From: Octopus sinensis | Lineage: Eukaryota | NCBI RefSeq assembly: GCF_006345805.1 | Contig: NC_043020.1 | Coordinates: 682,001 to 746,000, forward strand | Reading direction: 5' to 3' | DNA: 64,000 bases | Shown here: positions 38,300 through 51,585 of the stretch, piece after piece | How the letters are laid out: every line of letters starts with the position of its first letter | Position numbering within the stretch: the stretch's first letter is position 1 | The notes under the pieces: model-generated | Seen by the model: only the letters and a program-made list of their open reading frames with translations | Databases searched by the model: none | Told to the model about the DNA's origin: nothing | Program-made: the position numbers and the translations under genes

Positions 38300-39559
38300 G
38301 TGCACACAAAACACTTGGTGTGATACAGAGAAATATTTATATTTATTCAAAGATTGCGCATACATTTTCGATGTGGTAGAAATAATGTTTTATTCTACAC
38401 AAAGCTGTGTATACTTTGGTGTGTAGAATGTTGGTTTGTTTCTGTAACGCGCTTCAGCAGACAGAGCGGCGACCCTAGACACTGATTCAAAAGGAATGTG
38501 CTTTATCCTAAACTGCTATTTTCCCTTACAGGTCGTGGGATCTGATACTCTTTAAAAATGTGTATGTGGGGTGGATGGATGGTTAAATTATGTCTGAAAG
38601 GCTTTTCAGTTGTTGATAGGGTATATGAACCAGTGAGGCCACTAGGTACCAGGGTAGAAGAATGAAATCATTTGAATATCTTGGATTAGTCACAAGAAAC
38701 AGTGCTTGGCAGGAGACCTGAACATCATTCAAAATCTGTGTGTGCATATGTGTATATGTATTTACATGTAGGTGCATGTGTGTGTATTTTTGTACATCTA
38801 TGTGTATATATATTTTGTGTATGTATATATGTATGTGTGCATTGTGTTTGTATTGTATATATGTATGTATGCATTTGTCTATGTATGTATATATGTGTGT
38901 GTGTGTGCGCATTTATTTCTATGTGTGCTTGCATTTATATCTATATATGTGTGTATGCATGTAAATATGTGTGTGTGTGTGTGCGTGTATAGGTATGTGA
39001 ATATATGCATATATGCGTTAGTATATCTGTAAAAAATAAGAATGAAATAATTTTTTTTTGTTTTTTAGTTTGTTTTTTTCTGCATGTTTGAATACACAAC
39101 TTCAATCAGATTTCAAACAAACAATTTTGTTTAGTCATTTGTAAGCCGGCTGTCCAGATCTTTTTTTTCAGAAAGTTTATCAAATACCTACACGGTGGTG
39201 CTGCTATATAAAGTTTCATTTCAACCAACACACACAAAACTTATATTTGTAAGAAAACCCTCGAATTAAATATGAAAATGATCCAGAAAAATAACACAAA
39301 CAATGCTCAGAGCATACAAAATTATTCACTTTTCACAAAATATTTCAACACAACCCCACCACCCCAAATTTCCAAACAGTGTCACAGCATTTAATCCAAC
39401 ATATAAATATACATACCAAACCAATAAGTATATATTTATGTGAATGTTTATACAGCTGTATATAACTGGTTCCCCGTAAAAGGCACTTAGTCCACTCTGC
39501 AGGGTGATTGGTGTTAGGAAGGGCATCCAGCCATGAAAAACATGCCAAAACATCCTCAT

Positions 39560-40372
39560 CATCATTATTGTTCGACCGTGGTCGAGACAATGGAATCTAC
39601 TATGTTACGCCAGACTTCACGGTCCATCATAGCATTATGGAGGTCCTGTTGCTGGATGCCTGTATCCCTGGAGATTACATCAGGGTAGGAGAGTGTGCGC
39701 CCTCTGGTATTGCGAGCAGATGGCTTCCAGAGGAGAAGAGTAGAAATTACCTCGTTTTCAGCTCTACAACAATGTCCAGCAAACTGGACTCTTCTACCTT
39801 TCACAAGAGATGATACAGGTGGTAATTTCCCATATATTTGTACTTTGGTTGGATGACGCTTCCACGAGACATTTTGAGCTCTCATAAGGAGGCGAGTGTA
39901 AGTTCCATCCAAGAGCCTCTCAAGCTTCTTTGATAACATCCAGGTTTCTGAGCCATATACTAAAATTGGTTCGACTGTGGCTTTGAAGATTTTAAGTTTG
40001 AAATCTCAACAACCCTGCAACCTATGGCTCTGAGATTATACAGGTGGTAATTTCCCATTTATTTGTACTTTGGTTGGATGACGCTTCCACAAGATAATTT
40101 GAGCTCCCATAAGGAGGCGAGTGTAAGTTCCATCCAACCGCCTCTCAAGCTTCTTTGATAATGTCCAGGTTTCTGAGCCAGAGGAGTATTAGATTTTAAT
40201 TACAGAGGAGTATTAGATTTAATTTTTATTTTTTAATAATTGTAATATCTTGACTACATTATATTTTACTTGTTTCAGTCATTAGACTGCGCTCATTCTG
40301 GAGCACCACATTATACTAGAATTGGTTTGACTGTGGCTTTGAAGATTTTAAGTTTGAAATCTCTACTTAGAT
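39560..40372 (-). mobile_element. RTE-clade (RTE-X-like) LINE 3' fragment plus a second partial copy, nested in a SINE D
   Basis: Open frame RDFKLKIFKATVEPILVYGSETWMLSKKLERLLDGTYTRLLMRAQNVSW...RRVQFAGHCCR...LLWKPSARNTRGRTLSYPDVISRDTG...AMMDREVWRNIV...EQ* (39565-40006), then a TAATGATGAT tail. 39814-39954 is repeated at 40039-40180. Confidence 0.85.
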
Positions 40373-41065
40373 TTGATGACCAGATCTTATGCATGTCATT
40401 ACAGGCACGGCAGCCTGGTGTAGTCTTCTATTTGGCCAACCGCTGTCAAACTATCCAACCCATGCCAGCATGGAAGCCAGACATTAAATCATGATGATGA
40501 TGATGATATATAATACCTCGTGTGAATATGTATGCATATGCATATACACCAGCAAATATGCATAAAGTAATGTGTAAAGTAGGTTATGTACAAACCACAC
40601 TACATATCTTTCCAGCACTCACACACATTTTATTGTTTACTTGTTGCGGTCGTTGGACTGCAGCTATGCTGGGCCAAATTGACTCCGGAGTGGGGTACTT
40701 ACATTTTTAAGTCTGGTACTTATTCTACTGATTTCTGTTGTTGAACTGCTAAGTTACTGGGATGTAAACAAACCAGTACCTGTTGTCAAGTGGTGGTGGT
40801 GATCACATACAATACACACACACACACATATACAATGGTTTTTTTTTTTCTTTTTTAGTTTCCATCAAATTAAGCCACTTACAAGGCTTTGGTCAGCCTA
40901 AGGCCATAGTAGAAGATACTTGGCGAAGGTGCTACATGGTGGGGCTGAACCCAAAACCATGTGAGTGTGAAGCAGACTTCTCGCTGCACAACCATGCCTA
41001 ACATCTAATCATAACATTTCTTACCCTTACCCTTATCCACTCAGAAACCACATATAAAAGAACAC

Positions 41066-41096
<31 letters not shown>

Positions 41097-41421
41097 ATCT
41101 CAGCTCCCCTTTCTATATAACTTGACTCTGGCTCCCTTCTCTTCTTCTGCTGTGTCAACTTATCTGCCCTTAAGACTCCATGGGAGTGGTTTGACCTGAT
41201 TAGCATTAGCAAAAGTTTGTACAAGAACTGACTGTATATATATATGTGTGTGTGTCCAATCTTATAACAATATTGATATGTTAAAATGAAAATGTTAATG
41301 AATGTATATTTGTATATATCATTGCTATTATGCAAAAGTGTTGTAAGTCCAAAACATTGCTTTTTCAGAAAGCCAAAAAACGGTTTCACCATTCCATTTC
41401 TTTTTACATTAGCAACAGTTT

Positions 41422-41556
41422 AGGCGCAGGAGTGGCTGTGTAGTAAGTAGCTTGCTAACCAACCACATGGTTCTGGGTTCAATCCCAATGCGTGGCATCT
41501 TGGGCAAGTGTCTTCTGCTATAGCCCCGGGCTGGAAACTGAAAGAAGCCTGTCGTA

Positions 41557-41606
<50 letters not shown>

Positions 41607-41844
41607 ATGTATGTGTGTGTGTTTGTGTGTCTGTGTTTGTTCTCCTAGCATTGCTTGACAACCGATGCTGGTGTGTGTTTACGTCCCCGTCACTTAGCGG
41701 TTCAGCAAAAGAGACCGATAGAATAAGTACTGGGCTTACAAAGAATAAGTCCCGGGGTCGATTTGCTCGACTAAAGGCGGTGCTCCAGCATGGCCGCAGT
41801 CAAATGACTGAAACAAGTAAAAGAGTAAAAAGAGAGTAAAGAGT
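41422..41844 (+). mobile_element. SINE A, full length with ~30-bp internal deletion
   Basis: Colinear with 22780-23197 but lacks the GACCAAAGCCTTGTGAGTGGATTTGGTAGA segment. Confidence 0.92.
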
Positions 41845-42606
41845 TCCAGCTTAACAATAATAGTTTGTTGGGTGCATAAAATCATAGCTCTATGCATGTT
41901 TGATGTTTTCAGTCAGAAATATTTTTGCAAAACTGTCGTATGTGGGACTTGCTACACTTTTGACAAATGCTAAACCATTCTACTACACTTTGACAATTTT
42001 CAACTGAAGCAGCTGGAGATACGATAGTTTGACCAAAAGAACTGGCTATTGCAAACAAAATTAAATATTGAAAAAAAAAAAAAACGCATTTGACCAAATT
42101 TGGACATACAACAGTTTAACATAATAGCAATTATTTATATTTATATATATATAATTAATCAAAAAATGAAGAAAAAATACAACAATGCAAGGACATGGAA
42201 CAGTGCAAAGTATATATATATATATATATATTATTATTATTATTCTATGTTTGACTTTTGCTTTATATTTGTACAAGTTGGCTCCAAGTCTCACCCAGAG
42301 ACCTCAAGAGACAACAGGGTTGGAAATTCATGTTGTTGTTATGCCTAGTGTGCCATATATTTGGGGGGTGGGGGTGTTGTACTAATGAATGTCTAAAAAA
42401 AAAAAGTTTTTTTTTTTTTTTTTTTAAACCGAAAATTATGTTTGTTTTAAACCTTGAGATTACATAGAAAGTATTTTGCGTAGGATATGAGCAGTTCCCA
42501 TGAGCACTATCTTTTGAATTTCTGCCATTTTTGGGTTTCCTGGTATCTGAGTTAGGTAGCTATCAGCCCCTTTTGCTATCATTCCCAGGGCACCTATGAC
42601 AACAGG

Positions 42607-42647
<41 letters not shown>

Positions 42648-42899
42648 TTGCTATTGTAATGTGTGAACAATGGATAGATAAGACATGAAGAGAAAAACAT
42701 CCACCCCCACTCACCACTACCACCCACATTAATGAAGCACAGATGTCACATAGTTAAGCCATCTGTTTATATATATTTCTTAATTAATTGAGCCAGTGTC
42801 AACAATGTTAAATACATTTGTTGCTTTTAATTAATCATAATTCAGCCAGAGTAATTAATTGGCTTTCCAATCCATGCAGTATACATCTTTTATAAACAA

Positions 42900-43412
42900 C
42901 TAGCAGTATCGCCCGGCGTTGCTCGGGTTTGTAAGGGAAATAACTATATAAGCATTTTTAGAGAGTTACTTCCCTTATAGATGCCAATTCGGGCTTTCTT
43001 AGCCATTTCTGTTTTGGTATCTTCAAGCCATGAAGTCGTTGTTCTAAAAGAACGCTGGTCTCCTTGACAACGCTTTACGACGTTGATTTCCTTACACTCC
43101 CTTCCCCACAGCTTCACGAGGAAGGGAAGAAGGGGGAGAAGCAAACAGGTGCAGGTGTGACCATGGACACCAACTCCGCCGCCATCGACACACGAAAAAT
43201 TATGCATTAAAATGGAATAAAAAATGATGTTAAATTATTTTTAAAATCGTAGACTCATCGTAGACGCGCGCTAATACTCAGACGGGCTCGATATGAATCA
43301 CGACTACAAGATACCCGGTTTTGGTTAAACTGCACTGCAAAATGTGGGAGGAGTTAGGAATCTAAATCGAAGGGGACAGACACTCACACAACTACAGTTT
43401 TATATATATAGA
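42900..43412 (-). mobile_element. Non-autonomous Helitron (family H1) copy 1
   Basis: On the minus strand: A|TCTATATATATAAAA 5' end, 3' hairpin CCCGAGCAACGCCGGG, then CGATACTG CTAG|T. Ends match 60204-60599. Confidence 0.85.
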
Positions 43413-44021
43413 TTTCGTCTTACGATGCTGATTAATGTATATATTTGTGATCTTCCATTCTTAATCCAGCATGCACAGTGAAATGTGTGCTTCACTGAGG
43501 AGATCACAGGCTGAAACATAGGCTGAGTTATCTCCCATATATGCTAAAAGTAATATTTGTCAATAATAAATATTAGGGTTTTTTGGGGTTTTTATTTTCA
43601 TGAGGGGATTCACTGCTTAATTATTTCCAGTTAGCTTTGTTTAATGTTCCCTGCATTATGTCTTTTTTCTTTGTGTGTATGTCTTTTTTCTTTGTGCCTC
43701 ACCACCATTGACAACCAGTGTTGGTTTATTTACATCCCTGTAACTTTATGGGTTAACCTGAGAGACTGATAGGATAAGTACCAGATTTAAAAATAAGTTC
43801 TGGGGGGTGATTTGCTCAACTAAACCCCACCAAGGCATTACCCCAGCATGGCCATAGTCCAATAACAAACAAGTTAAAATTAAAAGATAAAGGTTCAATT
43901 CTCACAAAGAATACTGCTGTGGCCCCTTAATTGCCAAACCCTGTCCTGATATAATTTGTATTAAAATTTCCTCATTTAAATCATGAGTTTAGCACTTCCT
44001 GTTTTTTTCTTGTGTATTACA

Positions 44022-44313
44022 ATGGAGAATTTTTAAGCAGATAAGGCTGAAAATGTCGCTAGAAGCTAGGTTCACCAAGCGTAGATTGGCATATTTCGGT
44101 CATATTATGCGGAGAGAATCCCTGGAGAAGGACATCACGCTCGGAATGGTCAGTGGCAAGAGAGGAAGAGGCCGACCAAGAACCCGCTGGCTTGACACCA
44201 TCAAGAGTGACACCGGAATGGACACAGCCAGTCTGAAAGAAGCGGCCCAGGATAGGACACTGATCCAACGAGTGACCGAGAGTCGACTTCGACTGAGCGG
44301 TTAGATGAAGAAG
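44022..44313 (+). mobile_element. RTE (BovB-like) LINE 3' fragment
   Basis: MSLEARFTKRRLAYFGHIMRRESLEKDITLGMVSGKRGRGRPRTRWLDTIKSDTG...AAQDR...RVTESRLRLSG matches the RTE C-terminus, in particular the L.YFGH.MR..SLEK...LG...G.R.RGR...RW.D pattern. Confidence 0.85.
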
Positions 44314-44918
44314 ATTACAATGTCACTGGCTTTTTTATGTTTTTAACTCTGTTTTTAAACTCAGCTGGTTCATAAAACATGCTAGCTGTCAGCTATTGTT
44401 ACTATTTAGCTATAAATGTTGAGTATCACGCCCATTTTGAATGATTTGGTTGTAAACATTTCATTTTACTGAGCGAATGTCAGTCACGTTCCTTATTCCT
44501 CTAAATCCAATGTCTTTAGAAAGGAATTCATTTTCATATTAGTTTCAAGTTTTGGCACATGGCCAGCAATTTCGAGGGAGGGGGTAAGTCAAATTGCATT
44601 GACCCCCCCCCCCAGTAATAAACTAGTACTTATTTTATCACCTCCAAAAGAGTGAATGACAAAGTATGTTTGTGTTACTGTGTTTGTACCCCCCAACATT
44701 TCTTGACAATCGATGCTGGTGTGTTTACGTCCCTGTAACTTAGCAGTTCGGCAAAAGAGACTGATACAATAAGTACTAGGCTTACAAAGAGTAAGTCCAG
44801 TGTGTGTGTGTATATATATGTGTGTGTGTGTGTATATATGTGTGTGTGTGTGTGTATATATGTGTGTGTGTGTATATATATGTGTGTGTGTGTGTGTATA
44901 TATGTGTGTGTGTGTGTA

Positions 44919-44953
<35 letters not shown>

Positions 44954-45415
44954 CTATAAAAATGTTTAAAAAAACACCTTTTATCAATTCAAAATGAACA
45001 ATTAAATTACACTATCTAGAAAATTACATATAATAGAAATATTAAAATTAAAATAGCAATAGAATATCAATAATTAAGTAAATTGCAAAAAAAAAAAATA
45101 AACACGTATATAATTGGTAGATTTTGGAGTTTAAATTAATATTCCCTCAAATAATTATTATGTATATATGTATACATACACGTGCGCACACACATATATG
45201 CATTGATAGATTGATTGATAGATATTAAATTTATGTATGTGTGTCTTTGTATTTCTGTTCCACCACTGCTTGACAACCTGTAGGAAGAACACCAGACTTT
45301 AAAAAAACATAAGCACTAGAATCAATTTGTTCAAGGAAATGCTTCAAGGTGATGCCCCAGCATGGCCACTGTTCAATGACTGAAACAAGTAAAAGAAAGA
45401 AGATATAATATCATT

Positions 45416-46479
45416 AAGTTAGATTTTGGAGCATAAATTAAGATGGGATTTTGAAGTTTTAATCTAGATTACTTTAAAATAAGCAGTTTGTATCATAGTT
45501 CCAAAGAGGGTCTCAGACAGTTTGGTATCAAAATATTTAATAGGAGGTGTGCAGGAATCAGTAGCAAGTTTTGTTGTTTAACCCCAGGTTAGCCTTGATC
45601 CTGGAGACCTGTGTTCCAGTTACAATATTTGTTGTGTAACACCAGTTATAAACAACCATTCAGTCTATTTCTTTTTTCTTTTTTTCCAGCCATAGTCTCA
45701 TGAAAACTACAATATCTAACAAGTCTCTCTTTCATTTTAAGATATATTCTCACTAACAAGCTTTCAGTTTCTAGTCACTGCTACTATTAAGGATCTCATT
45801 AGAAACCCTTGAATCAACTCACGTGTGTTAAGTAGCTTGCTAACCAACCACATGGTTCCGGGTTCAGTCCCACTGTGTGGCATCTTGGGCAAGTGTCTTC
45901 TGCTATAGCCCCGGGCCGACCAATGCCTTGTGAGTGGATTTGGTAGACGGAAACTGAAAGAAGCCTATCGTATATATGTATATATATATGTGTGTATTTG
46001 TGTGTTTGTCCCCCTAGCATTGCTTGACAACCGATGCTGGTGTGTTTACGTCCCCATCACTTAGCGGTTCGGCAAAAGAGACCGATAGAATAAGTACTGG
46101 GCTTACAAAGAATAAGTCCTGGGGTCGAGTTGCTCGACTAAAGGCGGTGCTCCAGCATAGCCGCAGTCAAACGACTGAAACAAGTAAAAGAGTAAAGAGT
46201 ATACCCACACAATGTCTATGATCTAACATGTCCCTCTTTCATTTTAAGATATTAGAGTATGATTTCTTGGATGTTTGCTACCTATTTCTTGCAAATTGAG
46301 AAAGTTTGCCAGTTGCTGAAAGGTTTGAAGAATCTAACTTAGCAAACTTTTGACCTACATCGGAAAGTAAAACAGAACCAGAGAGAATGTGATGTTGTCA
46401 GCTTTGGTTGAGGGCAAAGAAAATCACAATATTAATTTTGCTGGCCTCCAACTTGAATGACAGCATCATTTTCTCTGTC

Positions 46480-46559
<80 letters not shown>

Positions 46560-47445
46560 CTCTCTCTTTTGCTGGGTCTTTCTTTATGCCAGTCTCTTTT
46601 TTTCACTTGTCTCTCTTCACTGTCTCTCATTCTCTTTCTCATTTGCTCCCCATTTCTCTCTCTTTCTCTTGCTCTCTCTCTCTCTCTCTTCCTCTATCTC
46701 TCTCTCTTTTTCCCTCTCCCTTCTGAGTCTTTCTTTATGTCAGTTTCTCACTTGTCTCTCTTCCCTGTCTTTCATTCACTTTCTTGTTTGCTTTCCATTC
46801 CTCTCTCTCACTTCTCTCTATCTCTCTCCCTCTCCCCCCCCTCTCTCATGGAGGACAAGTGTCCTATGTGTCAGATACTTCATTCCTCACAGCAATTGAG
46901 CTTATCAAATTCTTCTATCAGCTGAACTTTCCTATCAACTAATTGATGCTGACAGCATAAACCATCACTCATTTCTTCACTACCAACCTTGTATCTAACT
47001 CAACTTTAGCAGTATTTTGCTTCTCACTAACAAGCTTTCAATTTCTAGTCACTGCTACTCTTAAGGCTATCATTGGAAACAACCTTGAATCAACTCACAT
47101 ACCCACACAATGTCTATGATCTAACACGTCTCTCTTTCATTTTAAGATATTAGAGTATGATTTCTTGGACATTTGTTACCTATTTCTTGCAAGTTAAGAA
47201 AGGTTGTCAGTTGCTGAAAGGTTTGAAGAATCTAACTTAGCAAACTCTTGACCTACGTCTGATCAAGGCTAACCTGTGGTTAAACAACAAAACTTGCTAC
47301 TGATTGTTGCACACCTCCTATTAAATATTTTGATACCAAACTGTCTGAGACCATCTTTGGAACTATGATACAAACTGTTTATTTGAAAGTAATCTAAATT
47401 AAAACTTCAAAATCCCATCGTAATTTATGCTCCGAAATCTAACTT
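45416..47445. repeat. 185-bp inverted repeats (45416-45600 / 47261-47445) enclosing ~236-bp direct repeats (45747-46358 including a SINE, and 47021-47256)
   Basis: AAGTTAGATTTTGGAGCATAAATTA...GGTTAGCCTTGATC is the reverse complement of GATCAAGGCTAACC...TAATTTATGCTCCGAAATCTAACTT. TTCTCACTAACAAGCTTTCA...TGACCTAC occurs twice. Confidence 0.9.
45823..46200 (+). mobile_element. SINE A, slightly 5'-truncated, inserted without visible TSD
   Basis: The empty-site paralogue at about 47090-47110 reads AATCAACTCAC|ATACCCACAC. Confidence 0.92.
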
Positions 47446-47991
47446 TATGTTCTCTCCCTAACGATGTGTCTGATCATATTAAGCAGATAAACGAAATACA
47501 GTGACTGATATATAATTTCTCTGTGTGAAGTCCTTACTAATAGAATTAGGAATTTTATGATAACAAATTGTATTTGCGGTCTGAATTTATCTCCTGCCGT
47601 ACACTCACACCTGTTGAATTATTTGTTTATTAAGAAAAACCACATGAATATCTGTCACGCTTGAGTCAACAAACAGTGTCAGCTGCGGGCAATTATTAGG
47701 TGAATTTGTTTATTTTTTACATTGTTATGGCCAACCCCACTCAGTCTACTTACTCTGGCTTCTCCCGCCTCTCTCTCTTCTCTCTCTGCTTCTATTTCAA
47801 TAAAATCACATGGAATATGTTTTACTGTGTGAGATTATCTACATGAGGTAGGTTGTTGCCTTTTCTCTCTTATTTTTTATTGTTTTGCTGGTGAAAAGTG
47901 TTGAAGTGTGTTTTATTCCCCCTCCCCCCAGTTTTATGCTAGTGAAGCTATTAAGATGCATTTCATTCTCATGTGTTGTCTTCAGTTTTGT

Positions 47992-48276
47992 TTGTTTGTT
48001 CCTTCTCGAGCCATGCCTGGCTCATAAGGGCCGGTTTTCCCGGTTTCTTGGCGTATAGGTTCCCCACCTGGATGGGACACCTGTCCGTCGCAGGTGAGCT
48101 GCAAGATGTAGGAGGAAAGAACGAGAGAAAGTTGTTGCGAAAGAGTCAGAAGAAGTCTCGCCATCACCTTCTACCGGAGCTGCGTAGAGCTTAGGTGTTT
48201 CACTCATAAACACACACATCGCCCGGTCTGAGATTCGAACCCGCGATCCCTTGACTGCGATTCCACTGCTCTAGCA
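47992..48276 (-). mobile_element. SINE B-related, tail variant 4
   Basis: Reverse complement has a tRNA head GGGTTCGAATCTC, then CCTGCGACGGACAGGTGTCCCATCCAGGTGGGGAACC...GGCATGGCTCGAGAAGGAACAAAC. Same subfamily as 54873-55175. Confidence 0.85.
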
Positions 48277-48278
48277 GT

Positions 48279-48550
48279 TCTTTTTGCCGAACCGCTAAGT
48301 GACGGGGACGTAAACACACCAGTATCGGTTGTCAAGCGATGGTGGAGGGACAAACACAGACACACAAACATATACACACACATACATATATATGACAAGT
48401 TTCTTTCAGTTTCTGTCTACCAAATCCACTCACAAGGCATTGGTCAGCCTGAGGCTATAGCAGAAGACACTTGGCCAAGATGCCACGTGGTGGGACTGAA
48501 ACCGGAACCATGTGGTTGGTAAGCAAGCTACGTACCACACAGCCACTCCT
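48279..48550 (-). mobile_element. SINE A, 3'-truncated
   Basis: Matches the family A head and body. Confidence 0.9.
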
Positions 48551-49156
48551 AAGATTTACACAGATATAAGAGTTAGAACTTGTGATCCGTCCACGGACCT
48601 TTTTCTTTGGAAATTTTTGCTTGCTGCGCTAAAAAAGTTTTCTCCCCCCCTCCCTTTGGGCTAAAGGCTTACAAAAAGATCAAAGTTGTTACAAGATGAT
48701 ACACTGTGAGATTGCATGAAGGAGCAAATAAACAAAAAAAAATAATAATAAATTTTTAACAGTGATTATTAACCCCAAAAGAGGGAGGCTTTCAAGGGCT
48801 ACTCATGGAAACTCCAGAAAACTACAGTTGCCCTCACCTCTAAGACAAGTGCCTTCTCTGTATTTTTCTCCTTCAATATACTCCATACGCATGATCAGAG
48901 TATGTCAAATCACTTGGACCGTACACGCTATACTCATCCACCTTTCAACAAATTTGTTGGGAGGGAGGCAGTATTTCCATCTCCACCTCCACCCACACTT
49001 TCTTTTTCAGGTGAAATAGTAAATAATAATGAGGAGGAGGAGAGGAGGAGGACTTTTTTTTTCTTTTTTTGTCATTGGTTGCCAGACGACAGGGACATTA
49101 CAGAAACAGATTTCAGTTTTTCAGGAGGATTTACATAAAATAAGATGAGGAGAAAG

Positions 49157-49182
49157 TAATAATAATAATAATAATAATAATG

Positions 49183-49216
<34 letters not shown>

Positions 49217-49305
49217 TAATAATAATAATGATAATAATAATAATAATAATAATGTATAATAATATAATAATAATAATAATGATAATAATAATAATGATAA
49301 TAATA

Positions 49306-49342
<37 letters not shown>

Positions 49343-49353
49343 TGATAATAATA

Positions 49354-49388
<35 letters not shown>

Positions 49389-49506
49389 GATAGTAATAAT
49401 AATAATAATAATGATAATAATAATGATAATAATAATAATAATAATAATAATAAGAATAATAGTAATAATAATAATGATAGTAATAATAATAATAATAATG
49501 ATAGTA

Positions 49507-49537
<31 letters not shown>

Positions 49538-49545
49538 TGATAATA
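49157..49545. repeat. ~390-bp interrupted (AAT)n microsatellite
   Basis: AAT with GAT/AGT interruptions. It explains the poly-I and poly-Y ORFs in the track. Confidence 0.95.
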
Positions 49546-50358
49546 AAAATATCTGAAAAATGTTGCCAAGTCAAAAATGATAGTGTGTCAAGTGCACTGC
49601 AAAATCTCAATCCCTCCTTTTCCAGTTGCTGTCTGCTCACATTCCATTGAAAATCTCAAGGAGCTTTTAATCCTTATTTCTTTGATATCTTCTCTCGGTC
49701 TTATCCTATTTGCGCTTGTCAAAACGGACCACTTGTCATATTTCTCTGCTATCTCACCAATTGCGATGCTTTTTTTACCTTATCGTCAAGAAAGGCCTTT
49801 TACAATTAACATGTTTAAGTGTCCCGAGAAACACAAGTTTATTTATTTATCTGTTCCGTTTTATCATTGAAGCACCAAGGGATCTTCTCATTGTTTTTTT
49901 TAGTTATTTTTTTTTATCAACTTTCTGTCTCTGCCGTAATCACTGCTAAAATGCTTTACTGATATTTTTTTTTTCTTTTCAGCATTAAAATTTATAATCC
50001 TTATACTGTCATTTTGGAGATTTATTTATTATTTTTCATTTTTATTCTCTTTTGTTATTTTCTTTTAATATTTCCATAACATTTATTTATTCCTCAAACT
50101 TCCATGGAAGAAATTTTAAAAAGATGTTTAAGATTTGTTTCTGTGTGTTTTCCTTATTAGAATTCTGATAAGAACTCACTATAGCCAAAACAGCCATATA
50201 TATATATATATATATATATGTATATGTATATTTGTATATATATATATATATGTATATTTGTATATATATGTATATTTGTATATATATATGTATATGTATA
50301 TTTGTATATATATGTATATGTATATTTGTATATATATATATATATATGTATATGTATA

Positions 50359-50411
<53 letters not shown>

Positions 50412-50894
50412 CTATAGATGTGATGTGTATTGCTTCTTCCTTTCTCTTGTCTTTTCTTGCTGGGTTGGCAATGAGGGAGTTCTGTTAATGTATTTTTTTT
50501 CTACTTCAAAATCACTCAATTTGTTCATACATCATACTTCTTTTAAAAAAATAGTCTCAACAACAACAACTTCTACTTCTATGGCATCTGTTTGTTTTAC
50601 AAGGCCATGGATCCACTCCTGAAAAGCTTCGCTTCAGTCTCCGTATTGGCAGAACAGAATCCCCTCTGGCTGTAAAAGGACAGCCATGATTTTTTTTAAA
50701 AATTAAAAATTATTGTTTAATATTTTTTATCCCAGTTTTAGAATAGATATTCCATATTTCTGCAAGTGATAAGAGACAACTAAAAGGCTTGGCAATAGGA
50801 AAGACACCTGATTATATTACACTGCCTCAGAAAAAACTGTCCAACCCATACCAGCATGGACAAGCAGACATAAAACACTAATGGTTGTAATCTT

Positions 50895-51585
50895 TGACTA
50901 ACAAACGGATTAAGTTGATTATATCGACCCCAGCGCGAAAGGATGAAAGAGAAAGTCAACCTCGGCGGAATTTGAACTCAGAATGTAACGGCAGACGAAA
51001 TACCTATTTCTATACTACCCACAAGGTGCTAGACACAGAGAGGACAAAAAAATGGATTAAGTCGATTATATCGACCCCAGTGTGTAACTGGTACTTATTT
51101 AATCGACCCCGAAAGGATGAAAGACAAAGTCAACCTCGGCGGAATTTGAACTCAGAATGTAACGGCAGACGAAATACCTATTTCTTTACTACCCACAAGG
51201 GGCTAGACACAGAGAGGACAAAAAAATGGATTAAGTCGATTATATCGACCCCAGTGTGTAACTGGTACTTATTTAATCGACCCCGAAAGGATGAAAGACA
51301 AAGTCGACCTCGGCGGAATTTGAACTCAGAATGTAGCGGCAGACGAAATACCTATTTCTTTACTACCCACAAGGGGCTAAACAGAGAGAGGACAAACAAG
51401 GACAGACAAACGGATTAAGTTGATTACATCGACCCCAGTGCGTAACTGGTACTTATTTAATCGACCCCGAAAGGATGAAAGGCAATGTCAACCTCAGCGA
51501 AATATGAACTCCAAATGTAAAGACAGATGAAATACCGTTATGCATTTTGCTTGGCATGCTAAAGATTCTGCCAGCTCACCACCTT
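50895..51585 (-). mobile_element. Head-to-tail multimer of SINE C (174-bp period, about 3.5 units plus one head)
   Basis: GCAGACGAAATACC starts at 50991, 51165 and 51339. The A-box head occurs only in the right-most unit (about 51540-51580). Confidence 0.92.

Noticed and set aside
38520-38560. Strong + strand acceptor CTATTTTCCCTTACAG| (similar one at about 9953)
   Set aside because: The downstream frames either stop quickly or lack a convincing donor and homology, so no exon can be supported.
49072-49650. 165-169-aa poly-Tyr / poly-Ile ORFs
   Set aside because: They are frames of the (AAT)n microsatellite.
49577-49870. 97-aa hydrophobic ORF with a partly open antisense frame
   Set aside because: No recognisable domain and no clear donor. 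The T-rich strand bias explains the hydrophobicity.
50894-51418. 174-aa ORF with a 58-aa repeat
   Set aside because: It is the antisense reading of a 174-bp SINE C tandem unit.
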